Shown in pieces: positions 38,681 through 51,150 of a DNA stretch of 64,000 nucleotides. The position numbers were made by a program, and so were the translations under genes. Below the pieces are notes generated by a model. That model was not told where the DNA came from, did not search any database, and saw only the letters and a program-made list of their open reading frames with translations. The stretch lies in NCBI RefSeq assembly GCF_036321535.1, contig NC_087436.1, forward strand, positions 67,706,001 to 67,770,000. The letters are read 5' to 3'. The stretch comes from Camelus dromedarius (Eukaryota). Every line of letters starts with the position of its first letter. The stretch's first letter is position 1.

Positions 38681-38879
38681 TCTAGGATTTGATTAAATGC
38701 AAAATGATGATAGCATTTAAAGCATAATGTTTTTCTGTATTACTATATACTTTTGATAAGGTCACCTAAGTAAATTCCTGTATCATAAAACCTGAAATTC
38801 CAACTTAGATCTTTCAATTTCTGTAGATATGCACTGTATTCTTTCAGAGTACTTCTTAAAATATGTATCTCTTAGGAAA

Positions 38880-39420
38880 ATGTAAGTTAAGGGTCATATT
38901 TCACTATGATATTCCTAAAAGGGACTGACTCCAACAAAATTAATGAGGAATCTGTCACTTAGTGATAAATCTGGAAATAGCCTACGGCTGCTGAAGTCTT
39001 CAAAATTCCAGTAACACCCCAACATCCTTCTGTCTTTCTGCTCTGCCATTCTCAGGGAAAACCATGCAATCACAGGAAGATAGCTGCAAGCATGGCAGCT
39101 GTATTTCTTGCAGGCAGAAGCAGAAATATGAGTGGCCAATAGTCAGTGCTGGTCGTGTGTGTGTGTGTTTAAGTACTTCCTCAGAAGCCTCAAGCCCTTT
39201 ACTATAAAGGAAGATAACAGATGTATTTTATGTTTTGAGCTGAGTAGATTTCCTTTTTTTCCCAATAATTTACGATTTCTCTTAGCAAAGAATGGATAAG
39301 TAATAGGTAAGAAATGAGCAGTCTCTGCATCACATAGAGGAATACATCTTAATTGGTTACACCTGTTTGTTGCTAGTTGAATGCAGGCAAGGAAACCATT
39401 TGCCAAAACATGGGAATCTA
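38880..39420 (-). mobile_element. Old MaLR (MLT1K/L-like) LTR
   Basis: 'ccttctgtctttctgctctgccattctcagg', 'aagatagctgcaag' resemble the old MLT1 reverse strand. Confidence 0.45.
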
Positions 39421-39470
39421 AAAAGTGCATTCTACCCTAGTTTTCTCTGGGACTCTGTAGGGACGGGACA

Positions 39471-39545
39471 AACACACACACACACGGACACACACACACA
39501 CACACACACACACACCCATACACACACCCACACACCCACACCACC
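39471..39545. repeat. Imperfect (CA)n microsatellite
   Basis: Read directly from the sequence. Confidence 0.95.
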
Positions 39546-39981
39546 CAATATTCATTCATTATGCAGTACATAATTACCTCTCTCCTAAGGAGTCTGTAAA
39601 ATCTGCTACAGTGAATGCAACAGGTGTTCCATTAATATCTTGATAGCAGAAAGAAAAAAGTCAACTACTTCCAAACCAGTATTATATAAGGCTTTAAGCT
39701 CTACTTGGCTGATTTTTGTTACCAAATCAAGCAGCAAAATGAGAATGAGGTAAAAGGATAGAAAAAAATATATCGAATGTTATTACTGACGGGGTTGGAA
39801 ATGATGAAGATTCATTATAGCTAATGTTTTGAGCATCTTTACTGAGCAACAGATTACTCATAAATAATCCAACACTTAGTGTAATATAGGTTACCATCAT
39901 TTTAGTTAAAAGATGTTAAAGGCTTATTAGATAACAGTCTATTTCTTGGCTTTTACAGGCTAGAGTCTCTTAAGACAACAC

Positions 39982-40014
39982 ATACTACTTGATCTCAGCC
40001 AAAAGGCCAAGAAG
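39982..40014 (-). pseudogene. RNU2: U2 snRNA 5'-end retro-fragment (3'-truncated pseudogene)
   Basis: Reverse complement cttcttggccttttggctgagatcaagtagtat versus U2 cttctcggccttttggctaagatcaagtgtagtat: 2 substitutions and one 2-nt gap. Confidence 0.85.
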
Positions 40015-40300
40015 AAAGCGTCATGATACATTTAAAAACATATGGATCTATGGCACATACTCAATTACCAGGAGATAGAACATCAAAAACCCTAAATACA
40101 TACTACTGTAATTTATTTTAATATCTATAGGAGAACAAAGACCCTATGCTTATACTTCATTTTTGAACTTTATTTTTTACATTCTTCAGTGACCTCACTG
40201 TTTACTACACAATGCAATGAATAAGATCTCATTTCTCTCACATATTATCATTGCAATGAATAAACTTAGATGTCTCTAGTAAAATCTGATTTATAAGTCA

Positions 40301-40349
40301 TCATTAATCTAACTTTTAAAGATCCTCATTAATCTAACTTTTAAAGATC
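40301..40349. repeat. Perfect tandem duplication, 25-bp period
   Basis: tcattaatctaacttttaaagatc twice, separated by one c. Confidence 0.95.
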
Positions 40350-40909
40350 TACAATATTCAAAAGGTCTACTGAAGGGAACACAGCAATAGGGTGTTTTTT
40401 TCTTTCTAGAAACAAAGGTTCATGAATCTTAAAAATAACAGTAGCAAAACCCTAAGGAGAAAATCTGAATTTTCTGAGTACAACAAAGGCTGATTTTGGT
40501 CATTAAGATTTATACACTACAATTTGTATTTTCTATACTTCACAGTTTTAGCTGTGATTTTCCATGTGACTTCTTTCTCATTTATAAATGTACGTGGACA
40601 TGCCTTTATTTTGCTGGAGATAATTGTGCTATATAAAAATGCTACCCTTAAGGAGCTGCGAGAACAAAGACAACATTAGAGCTGGAGCTGAATGTCGCAT
40701 GAAGAACATACCATCTTCAGCTTCTCCACGTCGTGGACATTTGCTCTGATTTGATTCATTAAAAGTGCAACTGGTTCCTTAGTATAAGTTTTTCCTTTCA
40801 CTTTTATAATTCCCATCCAAAGGAGAAAACAATATTATTCCTACTCATCATACAAGTCTGGTATGCATGTTTAGCAACATTTGGCTTCTGTCGATAATCA
40901 ATAAAAACA

Positions 40910-41160
40910 ATTATAATCATAGAGAGATTAAGGAGCAATTTAATGTGATAGGTACTGTTCTAAGCAATTTACAACTATTCTCTCATCTAAATCCTTCATA
41001 AGCATATTTGTTGCTAATTATTATCACATCACAGATAGGAAACTGGGGCATTAAGACATTAAATGATTTTCTGTAGTAACACAAGAGATGTCATAAAGCT
41101 AGGTTAAGCACTGAAACCTAGAAATGTGACTACAGGACCTGTGTTCTTAGCTAATGTGCA
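40910..41160 (-). mobile_element. MIR SINE
   Basis: 'aggtactgttctaagcaatttaca...attatcacatcacagataggaaactggggcattaagacattaaatgatttt'. Confidence 0.8.
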
Positions 41161-41469
41161 ATATGCTCTCTTTAAAAAGCAAATCCAGTCCAATTTAGTA
41201 AATATTTAGCATAAGATTTCATGTGCAAAATATTGCTGTAAAGCATGCTGAAGTTTCAATACTGAGTTAGACAAAGCAGTCCACAATGAAACTAATAATA
41301 GAAGGTATAAGAAGGTGAAACTAATAATGGAAGGTTAAAAGGTAAGATTTAAAAGGAGCTATGAGGTAAGCAATCAAGTATTTGCAGCCATATGTAGGAG
41401 GAAGGTCATTAAGGATGAAGAGGTATGCTAAATTTACCAGAAGCAAATTGTGAGTAATGGAATTCGTTT

Positions 41470-41680
41470 TTGACAGACTTTTAAAGACATGAGTTCAAAT
41501 CCTACCTCTGCCACCCATTTCTGATTTTAGGATTATTATTTATCCTCCCCGAATTTCAGTGTCTTGTGAGATTTAGAAAGTGAACATATAGTATTTTAGA
41601 GAATATAATAAGGATTACATGTTTAATACATAAATAATTTATGCTGGGAAAGGTTATTAAAATATATTAAAATTATTAAC
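41470..41680 (+). mobile_element. MIR SINE
   Basis: 'agacatgagttcaaatcctacctctgccacc...ttatttatcctccccgaatttcagtgtc'. Confidence 0.7.
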
Positions 41681-41689
41681 TTTCAGGGT

Positions 41690-41830
41690 TTTTTTATGTG
41701 TTCTTTCATTCCCCACAGTAATGTATGAATTAAGAATTATCTCTATTTTACATGTGATAAAGTTGAATCTGAAAGTAGTAATAAGCACAGACAGGACTCA
41801 AATAAATGGCTTCTTGATGCCAAATTTCAA
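41690..41830 (-). mobile_element. MIR fragment
   Basis: 'ttcattccccacagtaatgtatgaattaagaattatctctattttacatgtgataaagttgaatctga'. Confidence 0.55.
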
Positions 41831-43815
41831 AATATATCTATTACCCAGAAAAGTCACAACAGGCATTTGCTGTATCACCCTCTATTTTCACATTGGAAAA
41901 ACATTCTATTTTCTCTAGTTTCAAGGAGATAATTTTTCTACATAACCATATAAACTGTGATTTTTTTTCTATCTAAATTTATCTCAGTGAAATAGCCACT
42001 CATATGACATATAAACCAATGTATTTCCCTCTCCTTTTTAAAAAATGGTCTATTCACTAAAATACAATGCCTTTATTTGAGAATACAAAAGTTTGGTTCT
42101 GCTATCATTTTTATGAATATTTTCTTTATAAATTATAGTATTAAAAAAGAGCTTTTATGAACCAAAGATCCAAATCTTTCCTCCTGAACAAAATTATAAC
42201 ATTCTACCAATTACAAAATTTTGGAGTGTGGAATGATCACATTAGACAGCCGCAGCTCATAAATCAGCCGAATTTTCTACTACTGCTATATAAAGCAGCT
42301 TGATTGAACTACCATAAACACTGATTCATCCCTTTCCTCACAGGGGAATTCAGGTCTTATATTTCCCAGTTGATGAGACTGGAAAGGCATTACAAGGAAG
42401 CTTAAACAAGCTTTTTTTTGAAAAATTTGAAAATTTGTCAGGATTACTGGCTCATTAAGCCACAATGAAACATCAGATGTATTAGTACTTCAAGAGACAG
42501 TATTTAAGTGCCGGATCATGATAGTGGGTGATCTCCCTTAATGTGGATTTGCCAATCTGATTATTTCCACAGTCATGCCAGTTTAACTGCCTCAAATAAC
42601 AAATACAGTTTTCTATTTGATTTACATGTTCATGTTCACCATGACGAACAACCTTCCGGTTCCTAAAACTAAGTAAAACAGAAGACAACATATTTTTCCA
42701 ATTTGGTAAGAAAAATAAGAACACAAAATATATTTTATATTATTGGCTCTAACTCTGACAACTAGACATAAATTTCTTCTGTTAGCTAAGGTTTAGGCCC
42801 TGTTACATAATACATAATAGGTTTCAGATAGAAGATATGGCATTTAAAAGGATCTCAGAACTGCCTTTACTGATTTAAATTGGAGAGAGCAAAGTGTCAG
42901 TGAAGGGATGGAAGGAAGGAGGAGGACGGTGAGAGCTGGCAGAGACTAAGTGGTAGGTTAGAGAAGAGAGATGCTATGGGTGAGGCTTTGACAAGAAAAA
43001 TGGATAAGAAATATACATGAAAAGTATTGCTCAGTGTTATAGATGAGAATATCCCTTTTCAGTTTCTTAAGACATATCAGTTAAAATCTATACCATTTGT
43101 GAGTTCATGAAAGCTTTTGGTATGCAAGACAATGAGAGACCTACTTCAATATACTGAAATAAAAGGCTCTATCTATAACTTCTTCCAAAAAAGAAAAAAC
43201 AAAAAAGGTTTTTGAAAGTTTCTATTCAGTATCAATACAGTATTGTTAAAATGACAAGAAAATATTTGTATCAGGGTTCAATAGTCTGAAATCTGTAACA
43301 CATTTTCTTTTCTCAAGAGTCCTTACCTCCCCCCTCTTGCTCCATAGCATTATCTTCCACAAACACGCTGAATGCAAAATATTTGTTTTTTTTGTAGTTA
43401 TCCATATTATAATCTCACTTTTATTTTGAAGAAAGCCTAGGTATAATATGATAGGTATGATGTATCTTCAGTTCTTTCAAATTAAATTCTGTCTCTACAG
43501 TCAGACTCAATTTCCTTCTCTTTATATTCAGTGTTCCTGAGAATCTGAGTGTTTAGAAATATTGGAATCTTGGGCTATCCCTCAAGGAAAAGATGGTATA
43601 GCAATGAAATTTGTCTTTTGTATCTCCTATTCCTTATTCCACTTTCTTTCCCATTTGTAATCCCTCTTCTAGCATTTTAAGCACACAGACTACAGGTTCT
43701 ATTTCCTCAATCCAGGTAAATTCAATTTGCAGTGTTTTTTTGTTTTGTTTTGTTTTTTTCCCATTCCTGTAAATTACAAGCCCATTCTATTGATACATAT
43801 TAAAAACATATTCTG

Positions 43816-44337
43816 GTTCACCAACATGCAAAAACTCCATTCCTTCCAGTCCTCATGCTTACAACCAAAAATTCCTGGATGTAACAAAAAGAAGCACAGG
43901 AAAACTCTGGAAGGTGGCAAGAAGAAGGAAGATTGCCTAGAGACCTCAGGGCTTGAGGGAGACAGGGTGGTGAGTTCCCCAGGTTTCCTCAGTGTTTACA
44001 TATCCCAGACAGGGCCCTGTAAACACTGCCACTGGGGGCAGCCAATATACAAAGACCAAAAACAGCGCCAAGAAAAGCCTATTCTCCACAGCAACAACAA
44101 CAACGAAAACAACCCCCCGACACACCAATCGAAAAACAGAACAGGATGGTCTAATAACAGAACATCTGTTTGTCAATACTTGCCTGATTCCAGCCAAACA
44201 GCAACAGAAAAACCATACTATAGTATCACAAGATGTTACAACTGGGATAAACTAGGCAAAAGATACTTGGGATCTCTCTGTATTATTTATGAGAACTGCA
44301 TGTGAGTCTATAATTTTCTCCATGTAAAATCTGAATT
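43816..44337 (+). mobile_element. Internally deleted L1MD-like element: 5' end joined to 3' tail
   Basis: 43816-44210 resembles an old L1 5' UTR; 44215-44337 is an L1MD-type tail 'caagatgttacaactgggataaactagg...gatctctctgtattattt...actgcatgtgagtcta'; flanks aaaacatattctg / aaaatatattctg. Confidence 0.65.
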
Positions 44338-45559
44338 AAAATATATTCTGTTTCAAGTTCTGTGCCATCTGCAGATTAACATACCTAAGTGTCTTTGTAT
44401 TCCAGCACATATTTAGGTTTTAGAACAGAAATTTAAAGTTCTCATAGAAGTTCGACCAACAACCAATAGGTTTGTGGGGTGGGGTGGGAGGTTTTTTACA
44501 CAGAGCCAAGTTACTTCTGAAATCCTATAATTTGCTTGCTCAATGAGCTTTTTATTATTTTATATTATGTGCAAGGCTCCAAGAACATCGAGGTAACTAT
44601 ATGATGGTTCTTATCCGTTAATCACTCATAACCTTTTGGTGAATCCACACAGAAACCACAATTAGATTGTACAGTGATAAATACAAGTGTGTGTGAAGAG
44701 AACACACCCGGGAGAACAGAGCACAGGGAAGTGATGACATAAGTCGCAGCCAGTTCCACAGAGAAGTAGTTCAATCTACTTTGGCCAGAAAACATGTACA
44801 GGAACAACAGTTGATCCTATGATAAATGTACAGCCGTCCTGCTAAGTTTATGCCACACTCTATTTTATCCATTCAACAAGACTGTATCAGTGCCTGGTGT
44901 CATCTTTAAATGGTGCACACATACTGATGGCATGCATTAGCAGTTTATAGTCATGTTCTGGCTCCACCTTATGAACGTTTTGTCAAAGTGTCCCTGGAAG
45001 TCTTTACACTAAATCCTGTTAATAGTCTCATTTTAAAATGTAGAAGTAACTTGGAAAATACTAACATGGAAGATAAATACGGGAAAATTAAAGTATATTT
45101 TGCAGATAAACCAAACACCAATGAGCTTAATATCTGGAAAATATTTGAGTCATAGATATCTGAATAAAGAATTATAAGTTAGAAAACCATTATAAAAGGC
45201 ATTCTTTCAAACTTTTGTAGCATTCAGTTATTTTCAGTTTTCATTAGCTTTATACAGCTACTTGCGTTCAGCCGAGGTTTCCTCACTTTATTAACCTTTA
45301 GGTATTTTATACACTTTGTCCATATTATACTGCTCTTTACATCTTTAGCGCTTTTTACTGGATGTTAGACATTGTGAATAATATACTACAGAGTATCTAG
45401 ATTTTTTTGTTTTCCTTAAAGGGGCGTTGACTACTCTGACTAGCACATTTTTTTAATCTGAGAACCATCTGGATCCATAGTTAGTGATGGTTTTAGCTTC
45501 ATTTTGGCAGCTCTGGTTTAAAAAAGCAAGAGCAAAATAGCCTAATTCCAGAGCTATTT

Positions 45560-46095
45560 TAGCATTCTATGTAAGGTGAGAACTTTCTGGGTCTCATCTG
45601 ACTGCCTTGAGTATTCACTGGGGTCTCTCCATACTGGCTCGTTGGAATTCTAACATTTTTCAACCCTGTTTGGGCTCTGCAAGTTTTTGAGATTGTATTT
45701 CTGAAGTAGTTGCTGTTTGCCTGTCCTTCTAGGTTATACACATATACAGCCAAGGACTCCAGGCACTCTCTAAGTGGCTCCCTCTTATCGGTACTAATTC
45801 CTGAACATGTTACCTTCCTCAGCCTTCTCAGACTCCTGTTTCTCCACGTCAGTAAAACTCATATATCCTGCTTGTATTTCTCCATAATGCTGTGTTCCAG
45901 AAGTTTCCCCCAGGCCAAGACCCTGTGCAAACATAAGGCTCATTTAATGGGTTTCTTTTTTCATATGAGACACATTCCTATGATTCCTATTTTCCCATGT
46001 ATAAAAGTTATATCATTTTGTCCAGTTTCCCAGTGTTTTATGCAAGGAGGTTTAATCCTAGACCAGTGTCTCTGTCATGGTCAGAGGCAGGAGTC
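45560..46095 (-). mobile_element. Old L1 (L1ME/L1MD-like) 5'-end fragment
   Basis: 'ttttgtccagtttcccagtgttttatgcaaggagg...tgtcatggtcagaggcaggagtc' resembles the reverse of ancient L1 5' termini. Confidence 0.6.
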
Positions 46096-46104
46096 TCCGG
46101 ATTC

Positions 46105-46520
46105 ACTCTGAAGGGAGAGCTGACATGATCTGTTAATGGATTGAATGGCAGAGATAAAGAGGAGGCAAAAATAACTACAGGACTTTTACCGTGTTGACTG
46201 AGGATGATAAAGTTGCCACGTAGTGAATAAGATATCTGAGGGAGAAGCATTTGTTTGTCTCTTTTTTGCTATGGGGATGAGTATAAATACCCAATGAACT
46301 TTCAGCCATTTTAGGTTTGAGATGTCTATTAAAATCCATATAGATACTCCATCTAGGTAGCTAGATATGTCTAAATTTCTGGGAAAAGAAACAGGATAGT
46401 GATTTAATTCTCAGTCTGTAGAAGATATAAAATTTTGGGGGATTAGGTAATATTTTCCTAAGGATTAAATATATATAGAAAAAAACAGATGACAAATAGA
46501 CCTCAGACATTAGACCTTCC
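46105..46520 (-). mobile_element. L2 fragment
   Basis: 'aatgaactttcagccattttaggtttgagatgtctattaaaatccatatagatactccatctaggtagctagatatgt'. Confidence 0.7.
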
Positions 46521-47712
46521 TGGGCCCTCTTTAATAAAAAATGAGTTATTAGTTGAATCATTTTAATTGAAAATCATTTTATTTCATTCTTGCTTTCTGC
46601 TGTTTTTGACTGCACCTAGTGGTAGAACTTCCCTTGGTGTTTCCCTTTGAATGTGGTGTCTAAAGGCACAGCAAAGTGGTGACAGAAATTAAGAGAGAAA
46701 AGATTAGAGAAGATTGAAAGGTTTAAATAGATGTTACTGAGAAAATGAGATCAAATGTATTATTTTTCTTCTGCTATAATAGATTATAAGCTCCTCAGGG
46801 GCATGATCATTTTGCTTTTATTTTATTTTTTATTTTTTTCTTGCCCTGTGGTTAGTCCAGTACAGCCAATAAGAGCTAACTTTTACATGTAAGCAGCTAG
46901 GTTCTTATTCTAAGCACTTTGCTGTACCGTATTTCATCACACTAAGAGGATACTTATTATGAGATACACCATTATTAGTGAACTGCTATGAAAGAAACAT
47001 TACCAATTAAAATGACATATTAAATCTATAGAGCATATCAATTAAAAAATGTTAGTGTTAACCTTAGCATTTATGCACAATTACTTTATTTTTTAAACCC
47101 CTGGTTACTCTATGGAGGAAGAGGAGGAAAAGATGGAAGAGAAGGAGAAATGTACAAGGCAAAATAGACATATGTTTGGAAGAGTGCAAGCCACATAGGA
47201 GATGCTCAACAAGGTTTAATTGAATAAATAAATGTTTCATCCTTCCATTTCTCTCTGAAAGAAGAGCTTACGAAGAGATTGCCTGGAAAAGTCCCAGGTG
47301 GAACTAGTTTAGTTTTAAATTTGGTAAAATGTAACTCTTGGAATACATCAAGAAAAATAAAGTTATTCAAGTTCATTGCGTTTGGCTCCATACTGGTTTC
47401 AAGTTACTTCATACTGTGGATAATGTTACTTTTAAGCCATGAACAAAAGTGATTTTCTGTTTGGTTCCCTACCAAACTGATGTTAGCATTTTAAGAATTG
47501 AATTTGAAATTGCTTTCTTTTGTTTACTGAAGCAGTAGTTACATCACAAGACTGTAAATCACTTAGGCAGTAATAAAGATGCTTCTATAGTGCTATACAA
47601 GACCTACAGTATTATCTGTACATTTCATGAAAACAAAAGCCATTTAAATTTTGATTCATAATAATTTATATGTAATTTTTGGAAGAATTATATTTTGAGT
47701 ACAATTCCTAGT

Positions 47713-48099
47713 AGTTAATGACCAAATGTTTGCGTTCCACCAAAATTCATGTATTGAAGCTATAACCCCCAGTGTTATGGTTTTTAGAGCTGGGGCTTCT
47801 GGAAAATAATTAGGGTTAGATGGGGTCATGAGGGTATGATCCTTATGATGGAATTAGTGCCCTTATAAGAATAGACTAGAGAGCCTGTTGTCCCCACCTG
47901 CCCCTACCCCCACCTCTCTCTACCACGTGAGGATAAAACAAGAAAGCAGTCATCTGTAAGGCAGGAAGAGTCGTAGCCATAATCTGATCATACTGGCATC
48001 CAGATTTCAGACTCTTATCCATATCTCTCATAAGAAATAAACGTGTTTTTTAAGCCACTCATTGTTTGGCATTTTGTTATAGCAGCCTGAGGTAAGACA
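47713..48099 (+). mobile_element. MLT1A-type MaLR solo LTR, near full length
   Basis: 'aatgtttgcgttccaccaaaattcatgtattgaagctataacccccagtgttatgg' through 'ttttgttatagcagcctgaggtaagaca'. Confidence 0.9.
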
Positions 48100-49209
48100 C
48101 TGATAATAAATTTGTATACATTATTTTTAGTTAGATTTTTAAATACAGTAGATTTCTAAAGGCCTAGACTTTCAAATAAATTAAATAATTTTAAATCCCC
48201 TCCCAATAGATATGAGATCTGAGAGTTAGGAAACAGATTTTGACTTGATATCTAAAGTTATTCTATGTTTTCCTGCTTGGTAAAATTTGTATCATCTGTG
48301 CTTGAGATCAAGTACTTATCCCTCTAAAACAGTAAAGGTCATTCAGCAATTACTGCTTTCTGAGTTCAATGTAAGTAAGAAATAAAATTAGAAAAAAAGT
48401 GATCAACAAATAAATAAATTCTTCTAGCTGTACCAATATGCATGTTTCAATATTCATTTTTCACTACACAATAAAACGGGTCACTGTGACATAGGAAAAG
48501 TCCCTGAACACATAGGATTAAGATTCAAAGGCGCTGTCAAGGAAACTGATACTCACTCTGTCTTTCCTCCTCTGACAAGTTTCAGGCTACCATATATGGT
48601 GGTCAGCTTGAGCCCTGACCATCTACACAGGAAGGATGAGGTATTGCAGAGTAATACTTGAGTAACTCTCAAGTAAGTTAGCCATTAGATAATAATTTAA
48701 AAAAATACAGTTAGTTTCTCTTTGATTTATGAATATACAATCTAGTGTAGAGACCTTTAAGTAAAATTCCTATATAAATGTGATCACAGCAGGGTCTTAT
48801 AAAAACAACTCAGTCAGTTAGCTCCATTTCAACAAGTTATTTAATCCAAACCTCCAAGGCAATGTAAAGATACCTTTAAATACTAGGTAGTGCACAACTG
48901 CTACAATGACTGAATTCCTACGTCACTTCTATTAAAAATCTTTTACAAAAATTTTCTGTCCATCTGTAAAAAACACTCAGAAATAACTGACAATTTAGTT
49001 TTCTACATGACAAGATGAGGTGATGATTGGCATGCATTTTTTTAAACTGGGGTAATGTGCATATTTTTCTTCCTAGTCATTCACATGTATTATTTTATAA
49101 CAAAAACCCCAAATTTTTATGAAAAAAATGTTAATATGGATGAAAGTGTCAATAATCTTGAAATGAGAAGTAATATTTGGCCAAAAAGAAAATTAAAAAG
49201 ACCCTCAAA

Positions 49210-50070
49210 CTCCTCAAAAAAGTAAAAATAGAACTACCATACAATCTAGCAATTACACTTCTGGGAATACTGTCATCCCTTGGATCCACGGGGATTGGTT
49301 CCAAGATCTTCTCAGGACAACAAAATTCTAGGATGCTCAAGTCCCACAATTGCCCTTCTGTGTCTGCAGTTCTACATCTATAGATTCAACTAACCCTAGA
49401 CCTACAGTACTGTATGTATTTATTGAAAAAAATCCACATATAAGTAGACGTCCCCAACAGTTTACACCTGTGTTGTTCAAGGTTCAACTATATCTGCCCC
49501 CCTCCATGTTCACAGTAGCATTGTTTACAATATCCAAGACACAGAAATAACCTAAGTATCTGCTGATGACGTTGCTATATACATATACACAATAGAGTAT
49601 TTTTTAGACAATGAACCTCGAGGGCATGATACTAAGTGAAGTAATTCGGAAAGAGAGATAATACTGTACAATCTCACTTATATGGGAAAAGAAAAGAAAC
49701 AGAAAAAGATCAGTTTTGTGGTTATCAGAGGTGAGGGGTAAAGGGAGGGGCAACTGGATGAAGGTGGTTAAATTGTACAAACTTCCACTTATAAGATAAG
49801 TATTAGAGATGTAAAATACAACATGATCACTGTAGTTATTTAACACTGCTGTGTGGCATATATAAAAACTGTTAAAAAAAAAAAAAGTAAATCCTCAGAG
49901 TGCTCATCAGAAGGAATGTTTTTGTATCTACATAAGATGATAGATACATTAACTAGATTTATTGTGGTAATCATTTCACAGTGAATTTAAGTCAAATCAT
50001 TGCCCTATATACCTTAACTTATTCAGTGTTGCAAGTAAATTATATCTCAATAAAACTGAGGGATGAAGAA
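49210..50070 (+). mobile_element. 5'-truncated L1MA-like element
   Basis: ORF2 end plus 3' UTR ending 'tatctcaataaaactg'; perfect 15-bp TSD aaaaagaccctcaaa at 49195-49209 and 50071-50085. Confidence 0.92.
49270..49490 (+). mobile_element. MER8-like Tigger MITE nested in the L1
   Basis: Left end 'ctgtcatcccttggatccacggggattggttccaag', right end 'ctgtgttgttcaaggttcaacta'; TA on both sides. Confidence 0.85.
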
Positions 50071-50699
50071 AAAAAGACCCTCAAAAAATAGTATTACTAA
50101 TGGCTTTAACTACTGGAAACCAAAACCTTTTAAAGTTCAAAATATCTCAGAAAAGCAGTAAGATAAAAAATAAGCAAGAAGCAGAGTTCAAATTAGGAAA
50201 AGTTTTAAATATATATAATTAATGAAGCATTAATATCCATAATACATATGAAATTCATATACATTAGGAATATGTATGAATTCATATGTAGTAGGAAACA
50301 TTAAATTCCACATAAAATGGGAAGATGCATGAAGACAGTGTGGAGAACAGACACAACTGGCCAATTTAGAAATATATAATTAAAAATGAAACAAATGTAT
50401 ATTTAAAAATGAATTTTGTCCATCACAATTTCAAAGATTTTTAAGTATATCCTGGAATATATCATAGTTTTCAAGCCTAAGTTATATTTAAACATAAACT
50501 AGTACTGGTTTTATAAAATATATTTAGGTCCTATTTCAGTTTTTCCATTTGTTTGATACACTGATTTACCATAATTTACATTTTCAAAATTCTATCTTAA
50601 GATATCAACAAACTTGTGGATAGATTAGTGTATTTATATGTTTATTTCAGCATTAATCACATTAATTAGAAATTAATATTAAAGATCTCAGAGAGATTA

Positions 50700-51150
50700 T
50701 AGATACTTCAATGGTTACCTATACCAATATCCTTTCTCTTTTTCTTTCGTTTAATAATAGAGCATTGATAGTTTTGGCTAAGCACACTACCACCCAATTA
50801 GAGACTATATTAGCAAGATTCCTCTGCAATTAAAAACTGTCATAAGTCTAATTTCTGCCCAACAAGATGGGAACAGAAATGATGAATGCAACTTTATAAT
50901 TATTCCTGTAAAAAAAAAATGTACACCACTCAAGTCTGCTTTCAGGCATTCAATCTGATTCAGATGCAACATGGTTAAGGTCAGCACCCGAGGGAAGGGT
51001 AAAGCAACAATATAGAAGATACCTCTTTCCCTCCAGGTTACCTGGGAGCATTTTGAATTTTTGAAGCAGAAGAGTATTAAATTGTCTTGTTTAAGTCACT
51101 GCTATCTGTTTTCAGTTAAAGAAAGTAGCCAACATCTTCTCTAACGAAGT
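50700..51150 (+). mobile_element. MLT1J-like MaLR LTR
   Basis: 'cccaattagagactatattagcaagattcctctgcaatta...ttctgcccaacaagatgggaacagaaatgatgaatgcaactt...tcttgtttaagtcactg'. Confidence 0.7.

Noticed and set aside
43727..44305. Longest ORF (192 aa) as a protein-coding gene
   Set aside because: TTG start, lies over an L1-derived element and simple repeats, no recognisable domain.
44476..44491. G-quadruplex motif ggggtggggtgggagg
   Set aside because: Only three tracts of three or more G; the fourth is GG.
45710..46111. 133-aa ORF
   Set aside because: Antisense to an old L1 5' fragment, TTG start, no domain.
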